In this document: piece by piece, positions 1 through 7,686 of the stretch
Layout: each line of letters begins with the position of its first letter
How positions within the stretch are numbered: the first letter of the stretch is position 1
NCBI GenBank assembly: GCA_001799565.1
Contig: MGTS01000020.1
Coordinates: 1,104-65,103 of the forward strand
Reading direction: 5' to 3'
From: Elusimicrobia bacterium GWA2_51_34
GTDB lineage: Bacteria; Elusimicrobiota; Elusimicrobia; Elusimicrobiales; UBA9959
Length of the DNA stretch: 64,000 bases
Notes under the pieces: generated by a model
The model's input: only the letters and a program-made list of their open reading frames with translations
The model's database searches: none
Told to the model about the DNA's origin: nothing
Program-made: the position numbers and the translations under genes

Positions 1-296
1 TCCGCGGCGTACAGGGCGTGAGCGGTTTCCTGGGCGACCCCAAACCGGTGCCAATGGAGGAAGCTGAAGTGCAGCAGATACTGGAACTTGTCAATTCCAC
101 CAGTAAGGAAAAGCCCAAGCCCGCCGTGCAGTTTGAGAAGGGCGAGAATGTGCGGATTATAGAAGGACCGTTTAAGCACTTTATGGGCGCGGTGGAGGAA
201 GTTTACGATCAAAAAGCGAAGCTGAAAGTTTCTGTTACCGTTTTTGACCGCCCCACCCCTGTAGAGCTGGATTTCCTTCAGGTGGAGAAGTGCTAG
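1..296 (+). CDS. nusG: Transcription antitermination factor NusG, C-terminal KOW part (5' end lies outside the window)
   Basis: The reading frame is open to the window edge. It has the KOW-like segment 'FEKGENVRIIEGPFKHFMGAVEEV..KLKVSVTVFDRPTPVEL'. It lies directly upstream of rplK-rplA, as in the conserved nusG-rplKA cluster. Confidence 0.85.
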   Translation, partial: RGVQGVSGFLGDPKPVPMEEAEVQQILELVNSTSKEKPKPAVQFEKGENVRIIEGPFKHFMGAVEEVYDQKAKLKVSVTVFDRPTPVELDFLQVEKC

Positions 297-320
297 GGCT
301 AGGCGGCAAAGCCGGCATTT

Positions 321-394
321 GCTGGTAGGCTAGTATGCGGGTATGCCTTATAGAGGAATTCCTTAAAAGCCTACAAGCTTACCCGCCTACCAGC
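321..394. repeat. Periodic-arm inverted repeat, GGTAGGC/AGTATGC type (nusG-rplK spacer)
   Basis: The arms are built of 8-nt units (GCTGGTAG GCTAGTAT GCGGGTAT / GCCTACAA GCTTACCC GCCTACCA). The loop contains GGAATTCC (355-362). Confidence 0.85.
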
Positions 395-423
395 GGTTCT
401 ACTCATAACTATTGCGAGGTATT

Positions 424-858
424 ATGGCCAAAGTAAAAAAAATAAAGACAATGATAAAGCTGCAGATTCCGGCAGGCGCTGCGAATCCCGCTCCGCCCGT
501 GGGCCCCGCTCTGGGCCAGCACGGAGTCAACATAATGGATTTTTGTAAGCAGTTCAACGAAAAAACCAAGAAGCTTGAACAAGGCGTGCCGATACCGGTT
601 GTTATTACGGTGTTCGAAGACAGGACTTTTATCTTCGTCACCAAAATGCCGCCGATGTCCGCGCTGGTGAAAAAAGCGGCGGGACTTGCCAAGGGGTCCG
701 GCGAGGCCAACAAGACGAAAGTCGGCAAGCTGGAACTTAAACAGGTTGAGGAAATTGCCAGGATAAAACTGCCGGACCTTAACACCAAGGATATAAAGCA
801 GGCCATGAAAATGGTGAAGGGCACCGCCCGCAGCATGGGCGTGGATGTTGCAGAGTAA
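424..858 (+). CDS. rplK: 50S ribosomal protein L11
   Basis: '[45 protein letters not shown]' is a classic L11 N-terminus. The ATG at 424 is preceded by GAGGT. The track start at 412 is probably too early. Confidence 0.95.
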   Translation: MAKVKKIKTMIKLQIPAGAANPAPPVGPALGQHGVNIMDFCKQFNEKTKKLEQGVPIPVVITVFEDRTFIFVTKMPPMSALVKKAAGLAKGSGEANKTKVGKLELKQVEEIARIKLPDLNTKDIKQAMKMVKGTARSMGVDVAE

Positions 859-868
859 CAGAAGTGGT

Positions 869-917
869 CAGTAACCAGTAACCAGTAACCAGTAACCAGT
901 AACCAGTAACCAGTAAC
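869..917. repeat. Perfect tandem heptamer (CAGTAAC)x7 (rplK-rplA spacer)
   Basis: There are seven exact copies, flanked by degenerate units. No complementary arm was found. Confidence 0.95.
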
Positions 918-1004
918 TGGATACCGGAGTAAACCGGTAACCGCAGTTGAAGAGGGAGCGGACCCTCAAAAGGGCGCCGCGCTAAAACCTCAAAGGACAA
1001 TAAA

Positions 1005-1688
1005 ATGGGAAAGAGACTTGCTGCCATAAAAAAAGGACTGGAGCTTGTAAAAAAGTACAAAGTGGGTGAGGCTGTGGCGATAGTAAAAAAGAACGCCAAT
1101 GCCAAGTTCGACGAGACTGTGGAACTTCACATAAAGCTGGGAATAGATGTGAAACAGTCGGACCAGCAGGTGCGTGGTATTATAAGCCTGCCGCACGGCA
1201 CCGGCAAGACCAAAAAGGTGGCCGTCATTGCTAAGGGCGAAAAGACCCAGGAAGCTCAGGATGCCGGAGCCGACATGGTGGGCGGCGCGGAGTTGATAGA
1301 GAAAATTTTCAAGGGTTTTATGGATTTTGACGTGCTTGTAGTGACCCCCGACATGATGAAAGACGCGGCGAAACTCGGTAAAACGCTTGGCCCCCGCGGA
1401 CTTATGCCCAACCCCAAAAGCGGAACCGTAACTTTTGATATAGCTAAGACGGTCAAAGAATTGAAGGCCGGCCGCATTGAATTTAAAGCCGACCCCCAGG
1501 GTATCGTTCACGCGCCTGCCGGCAAGGCCTCGTTCCCTGAAGGCAGTCTTGTGGAAAATGTGCAGGCTATCATAGACGCCGTGCTTAAAAGCAAACCGGC
1601 TTCTTCAAAGGGCGTGTATATGCAATCCGTTTTCATAAGTTCAACTATGGGCCCGGGCTTGCCCGTTCTGGTTGAAAAAGCGGGATAA
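1005..1688 (+). CDS. rplA: 50S ribosomal protein L1
   Basis: A 227-aa ORF with L1-like '[31 protein letters not shown]' and '[15 protein letters not shown]'. It follows rplK. Confidence 0.95.
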   Translation: MGKRLAAIKKGLELVKKYKVGEAVAIVKKNANAKFDETVELHIKLGIDVKQSDQQVRGIISLPHGTGKTKKVAVIAKGEKTQEAQDAGADMVGGAELIEKIFKGFMDFDVLVVTPDMMKDAAKLGKTLGPRGLMPNPKSGTVTFDIAKTVKELKAGRIEFKADPQGIVHAPAGKASFPEGSLVENVQAIIDAVLKSKPASSKGVYMQSVFISSTMGPGLPVLVEKAG

Positions 1689-1729
1689 AGCCAGGGGGAT
1701 ATGTAAATTTGCGTAACTGCTCAGATAGC

Positions 1730-1788
1730 CAGAATTCAGGAGTCAGGAGTCAGAAGTCGGAATTCTGAATTCTGACTCCTGATTTCTG
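1730..1788. repeat. Periodic-arm hairpin, CAGAATT/CAGGAGT type (rplA-hppA spacer)
   Basis: The units read CAGAATT CAGGAGT CAGGAGT CAGAAGT CGGAATT CTGAATT CTGACTC CTGATTT CTG, with a strict 7-nt period. The two halves are largely complementary, and the centre is GGAATTCTGA. Confidence 0.9.
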
Positions 1789-1825
1789 TTTACCGGAGTA
1801 ATAACATTTTGCGAAGGGGAATATA

Positions 1826-4234
1826 ATGCGAAAACTTAACACATTGGCGGTTTTAGCGGTTTCATCCATAATATCAGCGCCCGCCGTTTTTGCCGGAGAA
1901 GCTGATCTTATTATTCCTGATCTTTCCAGTGTTTCTTTCCTTGGAATGCCGGGCCGCGTCCTTTTGATGATGGGGCTCGCAATATGCGTGCTTGGAATGG
2001 TTTTTGGCCTCTGGCAGTCAATGCAGATAGGAAAACTGCCGGTGCACAAATCCATGCGGGATATTTCAGAGTTGATCTATGAAACCTGCAAGACCTATCT
2101 TTTTACCCAGGGCAAATTCATAGCTCTGCTCTGGGCTTTTATTGCCGTTATCGTGGTGATCTATTACAGTTTCCTGCTGCATTTTGACCCGATGAAAGTC
2201 GTCATCATAGTGCTTTTCAGTATTATAGGCATTTTAGGCAGCTATTCCGTCGCCTGGTTCGGTATACGTATAAATACCTACGCCAACTCCCGTACAGCTT
2301 TCGCGGGGTTAAAAGGCCTGCCATATCCCACTATGGCTATACCGCTTAAAGCCGGTATGAGCATAGGTATGCTGCTTATAAGCGTGGAACTGGTAATAAT
2401 GCTGTTTATTCTGCTTTTTGTGCCCGGCGATTATGCAGGACCCTGCTTTATAGGTTTTGCCATAGGCGAATCTCTGGGGGCCGCAGCGCTCCGGATTGCC
2501 GGCGGCATTTTTACCAAGATAGCCGACATAGGCTCCGACCTGATGAAGATAGTTTTCAAAATTAAAGAGGATGACGTGCGCAACCCCGGCGTAATTGCCG
2601 ACTGTACCGGCGACAACGCCGGCGACTCGGTAGGCCCCACCGCAGACGGTTTTGAAACCTACGGGGTCACGGGTGTCGCTCTTATCACTTTCATACTGCT
2701 GGCGGTGCCGGAAGCCGTTTCCCAGGTTCAGCTGCTGGTCTGGATATTTGTAATGCGTATCGGCATGATAGTCACCAGCGCCTTCTCCTACTGGGTCAAT
2801 ACCCTGATCACCCGCAGCATATACGGCGAACAGAAAAAGTTTAATTTTGAGCACCCGCTCACCATGCTTGTGTGGCTTACGTCGGCGGTTTCTATCGCCA
2901 TGACTTACTGCCTTAGCTACCTGCTGATACCCGCCCTTGGCGACGGTACTCTCTGGTGGAAACTTTCCACCATTATCTCCTGCGGCACCATCGCGGGCGC
3001 GTTGATACCAGAGCTGGTGAAGATTTTCACCTCAACCAATTCGGGCCATGTTAAAGAAATTCTGGCAGCTTCAAAGGAAGGCGGTCCTTCGCTTAATATC
3101 CTGTCCGGGCTCGTAGCCGGTAACTTCAGCGCCTACTGGATGGGCATGGCCATAATATCGCTGATGGCCGCGGCGTATATGGTTAGCGAAACTGGCATCG
3201 GCGCCCTTATGGCGTCGCCGGCAATATTCGCTTTCGGTCTGGTGGCCTTCGGGTTTCTAGGCATGGGCCCGGTTACCATAGCCGTGGATTCATACGGCCC
3301 GGTAACCGATAACGCCCAGTCAGTTTACGAACTTTCCAGCATAGAGACCATCTATGGTATAAAGGAAGATATAAAGAAAGACTTCGGCTTTGAGCCGGAT
3401 TTTGAGAACGCGAAGCGTTTTCTGGAAGAAAATGACGGCGCGGGCAATACCTTCAAAGCGACGGCCAAACCGGTGCTTATAGGCACGGCCGTGGTGGGCG
3501 CCACAACGCTTATATTCTCCATCATCCAGGTGTTGAACAAAACCTTCCCCGGCCAGGTTGAAGCCGGCCTTTCCATACTTAACCCGCTGTTCCTGCTGGG
3601 GCTTATTACAGGCGGCTCCATCATTTACTGGTTTACCGGCGCTTCCATGCAGGCTGTCACCACCGGAGCTTACAGGGCCGTTGAGTTCATAAAAAAGAAC
3701 ATCAAACTGGAAGGCGGCGGAGAAAGGGCGTCCGTGGAAGACTCAAAGAAAGTGGTTGAGATCTGCACCCTGTACGCCCAGAAAGGCATGTTTAATATCT
3801 TTATGGTGGTATTCTTTTCCACGCTCGCTTTCGCATGCGTGAATCACTTCTTCTTCATAGGTTATCTTATCTCAATCGCCATCTTCGGGCTTTACCAGGC
3901 TATCTTTATGGCCAACGCGGGCGGCGCCTGGGATAACGCCAAAAAGCTTGTTGAGACCGAGTTGAACATGAAAGGCACACCTCTGCATGACGCTACTGTG
4001 GTGGGCGATACCGTGGGAGATCCTTTCAAGGACACCTCTTCGGTGGCCATGAATCCTATTATCAAGTTTACCACGCTGTTCGGGCTGCTCGCTGTTGAAT
4101 TCGCCATAACCATTGACCCCGCCGTGAACCGGATGCTGGCCGCCATATTCTTTACCGTCAGCGTGGTGTTCGTGTGGCGTTCTTTTTACGCCATGCGTAT
4201 CAAGAGCGGCGAAGCTGAAGCTAGTGGCCAGTGA
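1826..4234 (+). CDS. hppA: Membrane-integral H+-translocating pyrophosphatase (M-PPase), probably the K+-independent subtype
   Basis: An 802-aa polytopic ORF with M-PPase signatures 'CTGDNAGDSVGPTADGFETYG', 'GGAWDNAKK' and 'VGDTVGDPFKDTSS'. 'GNTFKATAK' carries Lys at the A/K position that distinguishes K+-independent enzymes. Confidence 0.9.
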   Translation: MRKLNTLAVLAVSSIISAPAVFAGEADLIIPDLSSVSFLGMPGRVLLMMGLAICVLGMVFGLWQSMQIGKLPVHKSMRDISELIYETCKTYLFTQGKFIALLWAFIAVIVVIYYSFLLHFDPMKVVIIVLFSIIGILGSYSVAWFGIRINTYANSRTAFAGLKGLPYPTMAIPLKAGMSIGMLLISVELVIMLFILLFVPGDYAGPCFIGFAIGESLGAAALRIAGGIFTKIADIGSDLMKIVFKIKEDDVRNPGVIADCTGDNAGDSVGPTADGFETYGVTGVALITFILLAVPEAVSQVQLLVWIFVMRIGMIVTSAFSYWVNTLITRSIYGEQKKFNFEHPLTMLVWLTSAVSIAMTYCLSYLLIPALGDGTLWWKLSTIISCGTIAGALIPELVKIFTSTNSGHVKEILAASKEGGPSLNILSGLVAGNFSAYWMGMAIISLMAAAYMVSETGIGALMASPAIFAFGLVAFGFLGMGPVTIAVDSYGPVTDNAQSVYELSSIETIYGIKEDIKKDFGFEPDFENAKRFLEENDGAGNTFKATAKPVLIGTAVVGATTLIFSIIQVLNKTFPGQVEAGLSILNPLFLLGLITGGSIIYWFTGASMQAVTTGAYRAVEFIKKNIKLEGGGERASVEDSKKVVEICTLYAQKGMFNIFMVVFFSTLAFACVNHFFFIGYLISIAIFGLYQAIFMANAGGAWDNAKKLVETELNMKGTPLHDATVVGDTVGDPFKDTSSVAMNPIIKFTTLFGLLAVEFAITIDPAVNRMLAAIFFTVSVVFVWRSFYAMRIKSGEAEASGQ

Positions 4235-4256
4235 TGAGTGTTCAGTGGTCAGCGAT
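4222..4256. repeat. Heptamer array TAGTGGC CAGTGAT GAGTGTT CAGTGGT CAGCGAT overlapping the hppA stop
   Basis: It contains five 7-nt units of the CAGTGnT type. Confidence 0.8.
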
Positions 4257-4280
4257 AAACTGTCCACATTGCCGTAAAAC

Positions 4281-5033
4281 ATGTTTTTTATTAAAAAACT
4301 AATAGCTCCGTTTTTACTGCCGCCGGGTATTTTTGTGCTTGCCGCGGCCATTTGCGGCGCGCTGATATTTAAGCGTACAAGACGCGGAGCATGCGCCTGT
4401 TTTGCTTTTTCCGCTCTTATGTGGATTTGTTCAACCGCGCCCTTTTCCGATCTGGTTTTTTACGGGCTTGAAAACGCTTATGCTGTTCCGTATGATCTAA
4501 AGGCCGACGCGGTGGTTGTTTTGGGGGGAGGCGTTTTGCAAAACTTTCCGGCTGTTTCAGCCGGAGAAAGGCTTTCGCTTTCAAGTCTCGCGCGCCTTAG
4601 CGCGGCGGCGGCGGTTTACCGCAAAACCCGCCTGCCTGTGCTGGTTTCAGGCGGCGCTGTTTTCGCCAGGGACTCCGAGGCCGAGGCAGCCAAACTTTAT
4701 CTTATTGAGTCCGGCGTGCCGCCGGGGGCCGTGTTTACCGAGGAGAAGTCCCGCGATACCAGTGAAAACGCGCTTTTTTCAAAAAAAATATGCGATGAAA
4801 AAGGTTATAAAAAAATACTGCTTTTAACTTCGGCCTACCACATGCGGCGCGCGGTTTTCCTTTTCAAAAAAGCGGGTTTCGGGCAGATAGTTCCGCTTCC
4901 CGTGACGCGTGAGCAGCGGCCGGGGAGGAAATATTATTTTAAAGATTATCTGCCCGGTTCCGGCGATCCTGCCAAAGCCTTGAATGAATGGATAGGGCTT
5001 GTTTTCTACAGGTTGGTTTATTTAACGTCCTGA
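4281..5033 (+). CDS. DUF218 / YdcF-ElyC family membrane-anchored protein
   Basis: It has an N-terminal TM segment, then 'AVVVLGGGV' and 'LLLTSAYHMRRAVFLFKKAG', which are typical of the DUF218 (YdcF/SanA/ElyC) fold. Confidence 0.7.
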   Translation: MFFIKKLIAPFLLPPGIFVLAAAICGALIFKRTRRGACACFAFSALMWICSTAPFSDLVFYGLENAYAVPYDLKADAVVVLGGGVLQNFPAVSAGERLSLSSLARLSAAAAVYRKTRLPVLVSGGAVFARDSEAEAAKLYLIESGVPPGAVFTEEKSRDTSENALFSKKICDEKGYKKILLLTSAYHMRRAVFLFKKAGFGQIVPLPVTREQRPGRKYYFKDYLPGSGDPAKALNEWIGLVFYRLVYLTS

Positions 5034-5084
5034 AATGAAAAACCTCATTTCCGGCCGGCAAAAAAGGTAAAATATATCCAATCT

Positions 5085-5195
5085 GCTGGTAGGCAGGTAA
5101 GCTGGAGAGCTAGTATGCTTGTAGGCTGGTATGCTAGTATGCTTTCAGTGGAGTTCCTAAATTAGGCCTACAAGCATACTCGCCTACCAGCATAC
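5085..5195. repeat. Periodic-arm inverted repeat, GGTAGGC/AGTATGC type (upstream of infC)
   Basis: The left arm has seven 8-nt units (GCTGGTAG GCAGGTAA GCTGGAGA GCTAGTAT GCTTGTAG GCTGGTAT GCTAGTAT). The loop contains GGAGTTCC (5150-5157). The right arm is GCCTACAA GCATACTC GCCTACCA GCATAC. Confidence 0.9.
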
Positions 5196-5207
5196 AGGAG
5201 GAAAAGT

Positions 5208-5882
5208 TTGTCTTACGATAAAAGAGTCAGAGTGAATAGAAATATTACGGCCCCGCAGGTGCGTCTTATCACCAGCGACGGGACCATGGTCGGCGTTAAG
5301 CCGGTTTACGAAGCCGGCGCTATGGCCAGAGCCGCCGGCCTTGACCTGGTGGAGATATCTCCGGCTGCCAATCCGCCGGTTTGCAAGATAATGGATTTTT
5401 CCAAGTATCTTTACGAAAAAGATAAGCAGGAAAGGGAAAACCGTAAAAAGCAGAAGGCCGGGGTTTTAAAGGAAATCCGCCTGAATCCCCGCATCGCTTC
5501 CAACGACCTGAACACCAAAATAAGACACGCTGAAGTATTCCTTAAAGAGCAGAACAAAGTGCGTATTACCGTGGTGTTTCGCGGCAGGGAAAACCAGCAT
5601 CGCGACCTTGGAGAGAAAATACTGACTTCTGTAAAAGAAATGCTTTCACAAGTTGGAGCGGCTGAGGGGCGGCCCCAGCTTATGGGCAACAGAATGAGCA
5701 TAATGCTTTCCCCCGCTGTCGCCAAACCGGGAAAGCCCGCGCCGGGAGCGGTTCTAAAAGCGCCGTCTGTTCCTCCGACTGCCGCGGGGGCAAAACCAGC
5801 CCCGGGCGCGGCTCAACAGGCCGTAAAACCGGCGCCGGTTCAGCCTCCGAGGCCGCCGCAGAATCCGCCGCCCAAACCTTAA
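5208..5882 (+). CDS. infC: Translation initiation factor IF-3 with a roughly 55-aa Pro/Ala-rich C-terminal tail
   Basis: 'APQVRLITSDGTMVGV..ARAAGLDLVEISPAANPPVCKIMDFSKYLYEK' is IF-3-like. The start is TTG at 5208, 7 nt after AGGAGG, and non-AUG starts are the rule for infC. It is followed by rpmI-rplT. Confidence 0.9.
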   Translation: MSYDKRVRVNRNITAPQVRLITSDGTMVGVKPVYEAGAMARAAGLDLVEISPAANPPVCKIMDFSKYLYEKDKQERENRKKQKAGVLKEIRLNPRIASNDLNTKIRHAEVFLKEQNKVRITVVFRGRENQHRDLGEKILTSVKEMLSQVGAAEGRPQLMGNRMSIMLSPAVAKPGKPAPGAVLKAPSVPPTAAGAKPAPGAAQQAVKPAPVQPPRPPQNPPPKP

Positions 5883-5946
5883 GGGCGACTGCCTATTTCC
5901 AACGGGCTCGATTATTTATATAATATCCTAACGAGAGAGTAAAACT

Positions 5947-6150
5947 ATGCCCAAAATAAAAAGTCACAGCGGTTCCAAAAAAAGATTCAGGCGCACCGCT
6001 TCCGGCAAATGGCTGCACAGGAAATCCGGGTTGCGCCACCTGCTTACTGGAATGTCGTCCAAAAGGGGCCGCGGCCTCAGGACCGTGAAAGTGGAAGAGA
6101 AAAATTCAAGCGAGGGGAAGATCATGAGGGCATATCTTCCTTATGCCTGA
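5947..6150 (+). CDS. rpmI: 50S ribosomal protein L35
   Basis: 'MPKIKSHSGSKKRFRRTASGKWLHRKSGLRHLL' is L35-like. The infC-rpmI-rplT synteny is present. Confidence 0.9.
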   Translation: MPKIKSHSGSKKRFRRTASGKWLHRKSGLRHLLTGMSSKRGRGLRTVKVEEKNSSEGKIMRAYLPYA

Positions 6151-6193
6151 GTCAGTTGCACCCGCGCCGCGCGCGGAAAGGTGATTTAGTGTC

Positions 6194-6556
6194 ATGAGAA
6201 TAACATACAGCGTTCCAAGGCATAAAAGAAAGAAACGGCTTTTTAGACTGAGTAAAGGGTATTACAGCGATAAAGGCCACCGCCTCCGCATGGCGATACA
6301 GCAGGTTAAGAAGTCTCTTACCACTGCTTATGAGCACCGCAAAGACAAAAAAGGCGACCTTCGCCAGCTTTGGATAACCAGGATAAACGCCGCCGCGCGC
6401 GAAGAGGGTTTGTCCTACAGTCAATTCATGAACGGCCTCAAAAAGGCCGCCATTTCCATCAACAGGAAGATGCTCTCCGAAATCGCTATCAGGGACCCGC
6501 GGTCTTTCACCCAAATAGCGGAACTGGCCAAGGCCGCTCTCAAAAAGACATCATGA
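6194..6556 (+). CDS. rplT: 50S ribosomal protein L20
   Basis: 'RHKRKKRLFRLSKGYYSDKGHRLRMAIQQV..AYEHRKDKKGDLRQLWITRINAAARE' is L20-like. Confidence 0.95.
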   Translation: MRITYSVPRHKRKKRLFRLSKGYYSDKGHRLRMAIQQVKKSLTTAYEHRKDKKGDLRQLWITRINAAAREEGLSYSQFMNGLKKAAISINRKMLSEIAIRDPRSFTQIAELAKAALKKTS

Positions 6557-7602
6557 CCCCGGCGCAGTGGAAGGAAAAACTGTTCCTAGTAAGGGACAGT
6601 TTTTTTTCTTCTTTGGCCGGGATTCAAACCGGCGGTCTGGAAGCGCTTGAACTGCTTTATTTCGGCAGGAAGGGCGACTTGAGCCTGTTGCTGCGGGACC
6701 TGAAGGATTTTCCTCTGGAAGAGCGCAAGGCCCTTGGGGCGCTTGGCAACGAAGTAAAGGGCGCTATGGCCGCGAAACTCGCCGAAAAAAAAGGCGGGCC
6801 CGGCGCGGGAAAAGCGGATATTAAAACTCCCTTCTCAGACCTTACCATGGCGGGCTATCCTTTCCCGAAGGGCAGCCTGCATCCGCTTACGGTTACAATA
6901 AACCGTCTGACTGAAGCTTTCATTAAACTTGGTTTCTCAATGGCCGACGCCTCCCTGATAGAGGAGGACTATTACAATTTTGAAGCCCTTAATTTCCCGC
7001 CGGACCATCCGGCGCGGGAAATGCAGGACACCTTTTACCTGGATTTAAAAGATCCTTCCGGCAAAGATCTGCTGCTGCGCACGCATACCTCAACCGTTGA
7101 AATACACACCTTAAAGGACCGCCGGCCGCCTTTGCGCGTGTTCCACCCGGGCAGGGTGTTCCGCTGCGAGGCCGTAGACGCCAGTCACTCCTTCGCTTTC
7201 CACCAGATAGAGGGTTTTTATGTGGATAAAAACGTCAGCATGGCGGATTTGCGCTGGACTGTTGACGCTTTTATAAAAGACCTGTTCGGCTCGTCCGTTG
7301 CGGTGCGGTTCATGCCTTCCTATTTCCCATTTGTGGAGCCCGGCGCCGAGGTGGAAATGTCCTGCGTGTTCTGCAAGGGACACAGCGGCAAATGCCCGGT
7401 GTGCAAGGGCTCCGGCTGGATAGAGGTTCTGGGCGCGGGCATACTGCATCCCAATGTAATGCGCGCAACCGGCTACGAGCCCAGGCAGTGGGGCGGTTTC
7501 GCTTTCGGCGCGGGCATAGAGCGTTTTGCCATGCTGCTTTTCGGCATAAGCGATATGCGCGTATTTTACGAAAATGATCTGCGGATATTGAAACAACTGT
7601 AG
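6553..7602 (+). CDS. pheS: Phenylalanine--tRNA ligase alpha subunit
   Basis: It contains 'FPPDHPAREMQDTFY', 'LLRTHTS' and 'GFAFGAGIERFAMLLFGISDMRVFYEND'. The ATG at 6553 overlaps the rplT stop (ATGA). The track start at 6370 lies inside rplT. Confidence 0.92.
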   Translation: MTPAQWKEKLFLVRDSFFSSLAGIQTGGLEALELLYFGRKGDLSLLLRDLKDFPLEERKALGALGNEVKGAMAAKLAEKKGGPGAGKADIKTPFSDLTMAGYPFPKGSLHPLTVTINRLTEAFIKLGFSMADASLIEEDYYNFEALNFPPDHPAREMQDTFYLDLKDPSGKDLLLRTHTSTVEIHTLKDRRPPLRVFHPGRVFRCEAVDASHSFAFHQIEGFYVDKNVSMADLRWTVDAFIKDLFGSSVAVRFMPSYFPFVEPGAEVEMSCVFCKGHSGKCPVCKGSGWIEVLGAGILHPNVMRATGYEPRQWGGFAFGAGIERFAMLLFGISDMRVFYENDLRILKQL

Positions 7603-7603
7603 G

Positions 7604-7638
7604 AAATAGTGAATAGTAAAGTGTAAAGAGAAAATAGC
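7604..7638. repeat. Heptamer array AAATAGT GAATAGT AAAGTGT AAAGAGA AAATAGC (pheS-pheT spacer)
   Basis: It has a 7-nt periodicity. No clear complementary arm was found. Confidence 0.6.
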
Positions 7639-7686
7639 GCGGAGATGTTCTAAACGCTACCATCTAAGCTCTAGCTCTGTATTGAA

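Noticed and set aside
399-1511. Long antisense track ORFs (399..836-, 779..1105-, 990..1511-, 1256..1477-) opposite rplK and rplA
   Set aside because: They lie opposite unmistakable ribosomal protein genes. They have no SD and odd compositions. They are typical shadow ORFs in GC-rich coding DNA.
6370-6552. Track start of pheS at 6370, and similarly the early starts for rplK (412), murC-like (20095), flavodiiron (21956), P1 (23205), P6 (31461), recR (38401), recN (42055), gltX (43805), AAA ATPase (52799), TPR (53988), brnT (56804) and holA (62654)
   Set aside because: The extended N-termini overlap upstream genes or repeat arms and lack an SD. Internal ATGs preceded by an SD give N-termini matching the known families.
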